Source: a virus (lineage: Duplodnaviria; Heunggongvirae; Uroviricota; Caudoviricetes). Taken from it: 9,302 nucleotides of DNA. A program made the position numbers and the translations under genes. The notes beneath the pieces were generated by a model. The model was not told the DNA's origin. It saw nothing but the letters and a program-made list of their open reading frames with translations, and did not search any database. Each line of letters opens with the position of its first letter. Position 1 is the stretch's first letter. Below are positions 1-6,370 of the stretch, one piece after another. The stretch lies in the IMG/VR virus record IMGVR_UViG_2537561977_000032. One strand, 5' to 3'.

Positions 1-996
1 CTAACGAACCAGCCAGACCAGCATCAGGATAATCGCGACTAACAGTATCCACAGCGCGGGACGCGTTGCCATATTTTGCAACGTGTCCATCATCGGTGGA
101 AAAGGATTAAGCAGCGGTTGCATATCACGCGGATCAATCCCTTTAACCCGCCGTTGATAAAGCTGATTAAGAATATCCTCGGCCTGGGCAGAAGAAAGCG
201 ATGATTGCGCAGAAAGACCATATTTTTGGTGGATATACGCCGATAACGCTGCCAGTTCACTGGCATCTAAAGGTTGTTTTAGCGCCATCTGTAGTGATTC
301 CAGCGTCGGCGTATTTTGCTGGCTTAACGTCTGGCGCGCCTGCAACCAGGTCACCAGATGGTTAAACAGTTTCGCTGGAATTAACTCGCCATCTTTCACC
401 CCGGAAAGTTCCAGCATCGATTGCCAGATCTGTTTGCTGGGTTCCCCCGTTGCCGCCGCAAGTTTGGTCACCAGCTGTTTTAGCGCATTGTGCTCCGCCG
501 GTAATAAAGGACGGTCGGTCGCCTCGCGCTGCTGTGGTTGCGGAATAACCATCTTCCCTTCCTGCAACAGGGTGAGAATGGTTTTTAATTGCTCCGGTGA
601 GAGCTGATTCAGCGGCGTCTGACCAAAGTTATGACGGATATAATCCGTGACCGCCTGACGATTATTCCCCAGACGTAAATACTCCCCTAATTGCGCTAAA
701 AGCTGGCGGGCAGAATGGCTTTTTTGCGCGGCCAGCAGACGTTGCGCCAGATTATGCTTAGCGGCAGGGAAGTGACGCGAAAGCAGCGGTGAATCTCCCG
801 ACAGACCAATATCGTGCCTGATACCCGCCCACAGTTCTGCTCTTTGTTGTTGCGTCAGTGAGGTCACTTTCGTCATTAAGCTTTCCAGCGAAGTACGTTG
901 CTGACTGGATAAAGGCTGATTGCCCGCGCCAGACGGCAGGTTATCTCCCTGACCTGGTGGTTGCCCAGGAGGAGGGCCGGAAATAGGTTGTATCAT
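1..996 (-). CDS. flk: Probable Flk (flagellar regulator, C-terminally membrane-anchored)
   Basis: Complete 331-codon minus-strand ORF, stop TAG at 1-3. P/Q/G-rich N-terminus (MIQPISGPPPGQPPGQ...), Q/L-rich body and a single C-terminal hydrophobic segment (ALWILLVAIILMLVWLV), matching the size (about 331-333 aa) and tail-anchored topology of enterobacterial Flk. Identity is from recall, not a search. Confidence 0.6.
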   Translation of the reverse strand: MIQPISGPPPGQPPGQGDNLPSGAGNQPLSSQQRTSLESLMTKVTSLTQQQRAELWAGIRHDIGLSGDSPLLSRHFPAAKHNLAQRLLAAQKSHSARQLLAQLGEYLRLGNNRQAVTDYIRHNFGQTPLNQLSPEQLKTILTLLQEGKMVIPQPQQREATDRPLLPAEHNALKQLVTKLAAATGEPSKQIWQSMLELSGVKDGELIPAKLFNHLVTWLQARQTLSQQNTPTLESLQMALKQPLDASELAALSAYIHQKYGLSAQSSLSSAQAEDILNQLYQRRVKGIDPRDMQPLLNPFPPMMDTLQNMATRPALWILLVAIILMLVWLVR

Positions 997-1200
997 TACG
1001 TATCCTTATACCTGAAATCTTCGCAAGTATGCCTGGCCGCGAGATTATGGCACACTTGTCCGGTTAACTCTCGTCTCATACAGGTAACACAAACGTGAAA
1101 ATCCTTGTTGATGAAAAAAACAAAGATTTAATTTATTGATATAAAAGGATTTGTATCAGCGTATGTCCACGCAGTGACCACATTTTCGAGAGGTAGAGTA

Positions 1201-1227
1201 AGCCCGCAACATTGCGGGCTTTGTCTT
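1201..1227. terminator. GC-rich hairpin next to the methyltransferase stop; possible intrinsic terminator
   Basis: Stem AGCCCGC(1201-1207) / GCGGGCT(1214-1220) with loop AACATT, followed on the plus strand by TTGTCTT. On the minus strand it lies directly after the methyltransferase TAA (1226-1228) but the downstream tract is pyrimidine-rich rather than a clean U-run. Confidence 0.4.
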
Positions 1228-2017
1228 ATGGTTCGATCGCCGTTTTGAGCCGTTGTGTTGCTACATCAAAATAATGATCACTGGTTTCTATACCAATAAA
1301 TTTTCGCCCTGCTTTCAGTGCAGCCACACCCGTTGTCCCTGACCCCATAAAAGGATCAAGGACTGTTCCGCCACTATTCACAGTCCTGACCAGTTCCGCC
1401 ATTAGTTCTTCTGGTTTTCCGGTCGGGTGCATTTTCTTTGACGGGATAACCGGGAACGTCATGCAGCCGTCGAACGGTCCCGAAGGCGATTTATCTAAAT
1501 GGCCTTTGCTGCCCCAGACGATGTATTCGCACTGATGCCGGAAATACCCGGTATGTGGTGTTCGTGACCCCCTCCCCTTGTTCCACGCAATGATTCCGCG
1601 CCATGTAAAGCCACTGGCCTGAAACGCATCGGTTAAAGCTGGTAGTTGTCGCCAGTCAGTAAATACCAGGGCATAACCGCCCGGCCTGACTGCGCGGTGT
1701 GCCTGTGCCATCCATAATTGTGTCCAGTAAGCCCACGAACGGGCGTCCATGTTTTCACCCGCGAACCCATCAAAGCGGTGAAGGTTCTCGCCGTTCAGAT
1801 ATTTTGCATGGCTGCCCTGGTTGGTGCGTCCGGCCTTGTGTGTCGCACCCGAACTGTAAGGCGGGTCAGTGATTAAGGCATCAATGCTTTCTGGCTCAAT
1901 CAGCGGCAATATTTCCAGCGCATTCCCACGACAGAGCGTGGCATTGTCAGTCTGATAAACCTTAGTGTGTTCCGGTGTATGTGCTGGTTGGTGCTGGATT
2001 GCGATCCCCACGGTCAT
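1226..2017 (-). CDS. DNA amino-methyltransferase (beta-class N6-adenine or N4-cytosine), probably orphan
   Basis: 263 aa ORF with catalytic motif IV DPPY (ALITDPPYSS) near the N-terminus and SAM-binding motif I FxGxG (LDPFMGSGTTG) near the C-terminus, the beta-class order. ATG at 2017 is preceded by GAGGAG with only a 2 nt spacer; GTG at codon 3 is an alternative start. No restriction endonuclease partner is visible in the window. Confidence 0.85.
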   Translation of the reverse strand: MTVGIAIQHQPAHTPEHTKVYQTDNATLCRGNALEILPLIEPESIDALITDPPYSSGATHKAGRTNQGSHAKYLNGENLHRFDGFAGENMDARSWAYWTQLWMAQAHRAVRPGGYALVFTDWRQLPALTDAFQASGFTWRGIIAWNKGRGSRTPHTGYFRHQCEYIVWGSKGHLDKSPSGPFDGCMTFPVIPSKKMHPTGKPEELMAELVRTVNSGGTVLDPFMGSGTTGVAALKAGRKFIGIETSDHYFDVATQRLKTAIEP

Positions 2018-2159
2018 AACTCCTCATGTGTGTGGGGTGCTCGATGGCTCTCGTTATCTGGTTAAGTGTTTTGCAGCGCGGACATTTTATTTCAATGTAG
2101 TGAAATGAGGCGCGGGCAAGTAGTTTGTTGCAATTTTTGCATCGTACATTTTGCGTCAT
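1962..2159 (-). CDS. com: Com-like zinc-finger protein (phage Mu Com family, translational activator)
   Basis: 65 aa from ATG at 2157-2159 with SD AAGAGGT 6 nt upstream; the ORF track starts it three codons earlier at GTG 2168. Sequence MTQNVRCKNCNKLLARASFHYIEIKCPRCK closely parallels Mu Com as I recall it (..IRCKNCNKLLFKADSFDHIEIRCPRCK..), a CxxC..CxxC zinc finger. Its 3' end overlaps the methyltransferase start by 56 nt, the same geometry as Mu com-mom. Confidence 0.8.
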   Translation of the reverse strand: MTQNVRCKNCNKLLARASFHYIEIKCPRCKTLNQITRAIEHPTHMRSYDRGDRNPAPTSTYTGTH

Positions 2160-2194
2160 TTGCGGCACCTCTTGTGTGGTTACTGCTGCCGATA

Positions 2195-2246
2195 TGATAG
2201 CAAATCGATCGTTTTTATCGATCGGATTTATTGCATTGATCTATCA
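2195..2246 (-). promoter_or_regulatory. Imperfect dyad with three GATC sites upstream of com-methyltransferase; candidate Dam-methylation-sensitive operator/promoter
   Basis: ATGATAGCAAATCGATCG-TTTTT-ATCGATCGGATTTATTGCATTGATCTATCAT: outer arms ATGATAG/CTATCAT, two palindromic ATCGATCG copies flanking T5, and GATC at 2207-2210, 2220-2223 and 2238-2241. AT-rich, located 35-90 bp upstream of the com start on the minus strand. Confidence 0.45.
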
Positions 2247-2297
2247 TTCCTATTGCTTATGAATAGTGTCACCTTCATTTGTGAGGGCAACAAAAAG

Positions 2298-2333
2298 AAA
2301 ACCCGCAGTTTTTACACTGCGGGTTTGTTGTTC
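2298..2333. terminator. Bidirectional rho-independent terminator
   Basis: Perfect 8 bp stem CCCGCAGT(2302-2309) / ACTGCGGG(2316-2323), loop TTTTAC, flanked by an A-run upstream and TTTGTTGTTC downstream on the plus strand. On the minus strand the stem is followed by TTTTCTTTTTGTT, so it should terminate ogr-side transcription before the com promoter region. Confidence 0.7.
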
Positions 2334-2743
2334 ATGTCTGTGAGATAGGGTGCCGTTTCGACCAACCTTAGCAACCGATTGACGGGGGATTACTCCCCCG
2401 TCGCGGTTATCTTACTTATTACATAGTAAGAATGCCGCAATTTCCGTGCCAGCAAACCTGAATCGTAACTCGCACGGTGATGTGTGGAGGATCCAGATTA
2501 TCGCTACCGCAGTTATGCAAAGTAACAGGGTTTTTAACGGAATTTGCGTCATAACGCTTGTCTCCTGAGAGGAGAGGCGCTAACCTTCTACTTGCGAAGG
2601 TAAGAAGTGTTAGGGCCTCGGTTAAACAAAAATGTTTTCCGGGGCCTTTCCACATCTGGCCTTCGGGTATTCCCTCCGACCATCAGCCGAAAGGCACCCG
2701 CGCGTAATCTATCGCTTTTTTGTTACTCCGGCAATTCTGCCTG

Positions 2744-3004
2744 TTAATTCTGAGATAAAGGCAAACTCATCTGATTGTTTCCCCTGTGTGAAGCTGGCAG
2801 ATCATGCCACGGGATACCTTCTGATGAGTGAACGCCGGAGGCGTGTTTTGATGTGAATTTATGGAAAGCTTCCAGTGTTGAGAAGCATACGCCGCATTCC
2901 AGATTGTTACACTGGTAATACTTTTGCCGCACGGTGTTTGAATCATTTTCCGGACGACTGGTGCGGATACGGGCAGATGCGCCACAAAGCGGACAACGGA
3001 ACAT
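2744..3004 (-). CDS. ogr: Ogr/Delta-family zinc-finger late-gene transcription activator
   Basis: 86 aa; ATG at 3002-3004 with SD GGGAGG 5 nt upstream. N-terminus MFRCPLCGASARIRTSR...YYQCNNLECGVCF has the C-x2-C ... C-x4-C zinc-finger pattern and the MF[HR]CPLC start typical of P2 Ogr and its relatives. Lies 42 bp downstream of gpD on the same strand, as in P2. Longer than P2 Ogr (about 72 aa) with a divergent C-terminal tail. Confidence 0.8.
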   Translation of the reverse strand: MFRCPLCGASARIRTSRPENDSNTVRQKYYQCNNLECGVCFSTLEAFHKFTSKHASGVHSSEGIPWHDLPASHRGNNQMSLPLSQN

Positions 3005-3046
3005 AGCGACCTCCCTTAACGTGGTGCTGCCGCTATTCTAAGTTGC

Positions 3047-4154
3047 TCACTCTGTTTCCGCTATCCATTCCGGGATTTTTGCCTCAAGCTCAAGCTGCGT
3101 GGTAAAGCCGCTGTTATCAATGGTGTGCCCGGCTTTTGCAATGATCCAGTCCTGATTATCAATCTCGCTTTTAAATCCTGTTACCGTGCCATGCATTTCG
3201 GGGTAGAGTTCTGCACGTCCACGCGCCAGCGTGATGGAGAATGATGCGGCTCCGCGTTGTAGTTGCTGCCACTTTGCCGCCGCTGCGCGTCTTGCTGCCT
3301 GCTCGTTCTGATAAGTCTTGCGTAACACAAACACATTGCCTTCCGCGCCTTCCATATAATCACCTTCACGGCTGCTGCTTTTCTCCTTTTTGGGTTTTGG
3401 CGGTTTACGGCGTTTCACGCTGACTTTTTCTTTTCCCGTAATTAAGATCAAGCCAGTAGGCGCGTACCCCCGTATACGCCTCGCGGTCAGCAATGCGGAA
3501 CTGATGGCGATCGCCGCTGCTGCGTGTAATGGCGAACGAGGGCAACGGCTGGCCCTGTGCGTTCACGCCACCACCTGGCATGATGAATAACAGATTGCCG
3601 CTTTTTACCGTGGTGATTGCGCCCAGCATTTCCGCCATGCGCGTAAGGAAGGACATGTCGCTTTCTTCGGTCTGGTCGGCGTGGTCGATTTCGATATCCA
3701 TCAGCATTTCGCTGATTTGCGGTTTCAGACCGTACCGGTGAGCGATGGCGGATACCACACGCTCAATGGTCACATCATGCCAGGACACCTCACGTTTAAC
3801 GTTAAATTCATCCCGAAAATCTGCGCTTCTGGCTGAAACAGTCAGCCTGTCCGGCGGTCCTTCGTGAGCGATTTCATCAACAATATAAGTGCCTTTTTCT
3901 GTCAGTGGTTCTCCTTTCCAGCCAATGAGAACCGTCAGGCGCGCGCCCCGTGGTGGTAGCTGCAACTGACCATCTGCATCATCCAGCGTGATGGTGAGCT
4001 GGTCCGCTTCAAATCCCCGGTTGTCGGTCAGTGACAGGCTCATCAGTCGCTCTGTCACGTCGGGCAGTGTTTCACCTTCCGCGAGAATATCAAAATCCGG
4101 CATTTTCACGGGGTCCGGGCCCTGACTGAGCAATTGCATGGTGGTGTCGGTCAT
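3047..4154 (-). pseudogene. D: gpD-like tail protein (phage late control gene D family), reading frame broken by a 1-nt shift in a homopolymer region
   Basis: Two overlapping minus-strand ORFs: N-part from ATG 4152-4154 (SD AGGGAGG upstream) to stop at 3405-3407, and C-part 3493-3047 in the adjacent frame. The C-part (GNVFVLRKTYQNEQAARRAAAAKWQQLQRG...TGFKSEIDNQDWIIAKAGHTIDNSGFTTQLELEAK) matches the conserved gpD C-terminal region from recall. Frames overlap at 3405-3493, where A/T runs (T5 at 3425-3429, T4 at 3431-3434) are the likely shift site. The track's upstream extension to 4286 (MIRQQ...) is not supported. Confidence 0.7.
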
Positions 4155-4311
4155 CTGTTCCCTCCCTGTGCGGCATGGTCGCATGTGCGTGCGGAGGGGG
4201 TTACTGCTTTTTGTTGTCGCCGTGGCGGGAGAACGGCGCAGGGGTGAGATTACGCGCGTGGTGGGTGATGATTGTTGCCGAATCATTTAACGGATACAAG
4301 GGGCTGAAGCT

Positions 4312-5496
4312 ATGAGTGAAACTCGTTTTCATGGTGCCCGTGTTACGGAAAGTACCAACCTGGTAACAGCGATTAATGATGTTGATTCCAGTGTTATCGG
4401 TATCGTGGCAACGGCGGATGATGCGGACGCGGAGCTGTTCCCGCTGAACAAGCCCACACTGCTGACCCGCGTCAATGACGTGCTGGGAAAATGCGGAACA
4501 ACGGGGACGCTTTATCGTGCGCTTAAGGCCATCGCAGACCAGGTGAGCACAAAGGTGATCGTCGTTCGCGTGGCTGAACACAAAGAAGAAGACGGAAAAA
4601 CGCAGGATCAACTGGTTATCGGTGGTTCTGAATCTGACGGCAGCTATACGGGGATGTATGCGCTGCTTGTTGCAGAGCAGGATGAAAGCATCGGATACCG
4701 TCCGCGTATTCTGGCCGCGCCGGAGCTGGACACGGAGGCGGTAACAAAATCCCTGTGCGTGATTGCAGGTAAACTGCGCGCGTTTGTGTATGCCTCATGT
4801 CACGGCTGTAACACGATGGCTGAGGCGATTACCTACCGCCAGAAATTCAACGAACGTGAGGTGATGCTCTTATGGCCGGACTTCATCGCCTGGAACCCGA
4901 AAAGTGGCAAAAACGAAACGTTCCCCGCGCCTGCCTATGCGTGCGGCCTTCGTGCGTACATTGACCATGAGCAGGGCTGGCACAAATCATTGTCCAACGT
5001 TCCGGTTAAAAATGTGCTGGGGATGTCGAGGCATGTGTTCTGGTCGTTGCAGGCCGAAGACAGCGATGCCAACAGCCTCAACAACAAAGAAATCACGACC
5101 ATTATTCGTCGTAACGGGTTCCGCTTCTGGGGCAACCGCACACCGGAAACGAACGCCTACATCTTTGAGGTGTATACCCGAACCGCACAGGTGCTGGCTG
5201 ATTCAATTGTGGAAGCGCAGTTTGAAACCATCGACAGTCCACTGACGCCTGCGAACGTGAAGGATGTTATCAGTGCCATCAGGGCAAAACTGGATTCACT
5301 GGTGACTGCCGGGAAACTGATTGGGGCGTCGTGCTGGTATGACGTGGTGGATAACGGCACCACGGATTTACGTCAGGGGCGCGTGCGTATTCGCTACAAA
5401 TATACGCCCGTTCCGCCACTGGAAGATATGGAGCTTTACCAGACGTTTACTGATGAATTCTTTGGTCCCGCATTTGCGGTGCTGGGAGGTGTCTGA
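4312..5496 (+). CDS. FI: Contractile tail sheath protein (P2 gpFI family)
   Basis: 394 aa, ATG 4312, stop TGA 5494-5496. Long collinear similarity to P2 FI as recalled (DADAE.FPLNKP, RPRILAAPELDT, KLRAF.Y, YRQ.F..RE.M..WPDF.AWN, QGWHK.LSNV, RRNGFRFWGNRT, YTRTAQV, Y.YTPVPPLE). Confidence 0.93.
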   Translation: MSETRFHGARVTESTNLVTAINDVDSSVIGIVATADDADAELFPLNKPTLLTRVNDVLGKCGTTGTLYRALKAIADQVSTKVIVVRVAEHKEEDGKTQDQLVIGGSESDGSYTGMYALLVAEQDESIGYRPRILAAPELDTEAVTKSLCVIAGKLRAFVYASCHGCNTMAEAITYRQKFNEREVMLLWPDFIAWNPKSGKNETFPAPAYACGLRAYIDHEQGWHKSLSNVPVKNVLGMSRHVFWSLQAEDSDANSLNNKEITTIIRRNGFRFWGNRTPETNAYIFEVYTRTAQVLADSIVEAQFETIDSPLTPANVKDVISAIRAKLDSLVTAGKLIGASCWYDVVDNGTTDLRQGRVRIRYKYTPVPPLEDMELYQTFTDEFFGPAFAVLGGV

Positions 5497-6007
5497 TGGC
5501 TGTACCAAAAAATCTTCGTTTTTTACGCTGTTTGTGGATGGTGAAAACGAAGTGGGTAAGGTGACGTCCGTCACTCTGCCTAAACTGACGCGCAAAACCG
5601 ACAGCTACCGGGGTGGTGGCATGATGGGGGCAGTAAGTATTGATCTCGGCCTGGACGACTCCGCGCTTGATGCGAGCTTTGTCATGGGGGGCGCAGTTCG
5701 TGAGTTGTTCCTGAAGTATGGCGGCACGATTGACGGTACGCTGCTGCGTTTTGCGGGTGAATACTACACCGACGCTGAAAGCGACCTGTATGAAGTCGAA
5801 ATGCGCGGACGTGTGACGGAAATTGATATGGGGGAAGCCAAACAGGGTGAGGCCACATCACACACTTACGCCATTAAAAACACCTACTACAAGCTGAGTG
5901 TTAACGATCGCCCGTTGTGGGAGATTGACCTGCTGAACTTCATTTACCGGAAGGACGGCAGGGACATTGTGCCCGATCGCATCCGTTCCGCGCTCGGGCT
6001 TGGCTGA
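5496..6007 (+). CDS. FII: Tail tube protein (P2 gpFII family); needs a -1 shift at 5519-5525 to be read full length
   Basis: ATG 5496-5498 overlaps the FI stop (TGATG) and has a perfect SD GGGAGG 6 nt upstream. Frame 0 gives MAVPKNLRF then stops after 22 codons; the -1 frame continues FTLFVDGENEVGKVTSVTLPKLTRK..SYRGGGM.GA...LGLDD to TGA 6005-6007. The joined product MAVPKNLRFFTLFVDG... fits the P2-type tube N-terminus (MA.P.KL.... LF.DG). The run at 5519-5524 has 6 T where 7 would keep one frame. Confidence 0.8.
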
Positions 6008-6061
6008 TAAGTAATATGCAGGCGGCGCAGTGCGTCGCCTCTGACTGAAAGGAGTTTCCTG

Positions 6062-6370
6062 ATGAAAGAGACGAAAAACATCGATACCGAAAACACGGTA
6101 GTTACTGACACTGTGAAAGAAACCAGTGAGCGTGGCGTAAAACTTACCCAACCAATTGAGCGAGGCGACGAAAAAATCACGTATGTGGAGATCTCCGGGG
6201 CTATTGAGCAGGCTGGTTCTCTGCGAGATTTGTCGCTGTCTGATGTGCTGAATCTGAAAGCGGAATCCATGTTTACGCTGCTGTCACGCGTGACATCACC
6301 GCGACTGGATGAAGTGACGATCAAAAAATGGCATCCCGTGACTTTATTCAGTTATGCGTGGTTGCCGTAA
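6062..6370 (+). CDS. E: Tail assembly chaperone E (P2 gpE family)
   Basis: 102 aa; ATG 6062 with SD AAAGGAG 7 nt upstream; position directly after FII and before the tape-measure gene. Acidic N-terminus and a ..RGDE.IT.V.. motif are consistent with gpE. Stop TAA 6368-6370. Confidence 0.75.
   Translation: MKETKNIDTENTVVTDTVKETSERGVKLTQPIERGDEKITYVEISGAIEQAGSLRDLSLSDVLNLKAESMFTLLSRVTSPRLDEVTIKKWHPVTLFSYAWLP

Noticed and set aside
1226-1245. tRNA-like T-arm motif GGTTCGATCGCC near the methyltransferase 3' end (possible att site)
   Set aside because: No surrounding cloverleaf (no acceptor stem, D-arm or anticodon arm) and it lies inside the methyltransferase coding sequence.
2151-2348. 65 aa plus-strand ORF (MRHLRHLLCGYCC...)
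   Set aside because: Runs antisense through the com start, the GATC dyad and the terminator hairpin; no ribosome-binding site; Cys-rich and low-complexity. Most likely a chance ORF in AT-rich regulatory DNA.
2419-2655. 78 aa minus-strand ORF in the ogr-terminator spacer
   Set aside because: No convincing SD before the ATG at 2655, overlaps several hairpins, and has no recognisable motifs. Kept only as part of the unexplained-region finding.
2632-2856. 74 aa plus-strand ORF overlapping the ogr 3' end
   Set aside because: Antisense to ogr across its second half, no ribosome-binding site, no recognisable features.
2767-2985. 72 aa minus-strand ORF inside ogr
   Set aside because: Alternative frame entirely nested in the ogr coding sequence; ogr has the zinc-finger signature and a strong SD, this frame has neither.
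3181-3741. Short ORFs 3181-3369, 3241-3423, 3390-3590, 3529-3741
   Set aside because: Nested in or antisense to gpD; no independent support.
4155-4286. N-terminal extension of the 293 aa ORF (MIRQQSSPTTRV...)
   Set aside because: Lies upstream of the SD-supported ATG at 4154 and covers the divergent promoter region; the extension is Ser/Pro/Arg-rich and unlike a tail protein.
4155-4311. Ogr-type late promoter dyad TGT-N12-ACA upstream of FI
   Set aside because: I checked every TGT in the intergenic region and found no exact TGT-N12-ACA, so no Ogr site is claimed.
5321-5495. 5' extension of the 228 aa ORF overlapping the end of FI
   Set aside because: Out-of-frame overlap with the FI C-terminus; it is open only because the tube gene is frame-shifted. 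The true start is ATG 5496 in the other frame.
4201-5595. Small ORFs antisense to or nested in FI (4201-4611, 4616-4798, 4904-5245, 4935-5141, 5157-5363, 5368-5595)
   Set aside because: All lie inside or opposite the strongly supported sheath gene and lack start context and motifs.
6320-6331. A6 run (ATCAAAAAATGG) in E as a frameshift or transcriptional slippage site
   Set aside because: The -1 frame from this site stops after 16 codons and the +1 frame stops almost immediately, so it does not lead into E'; the run is also too short for efficient transcriptional slippage.
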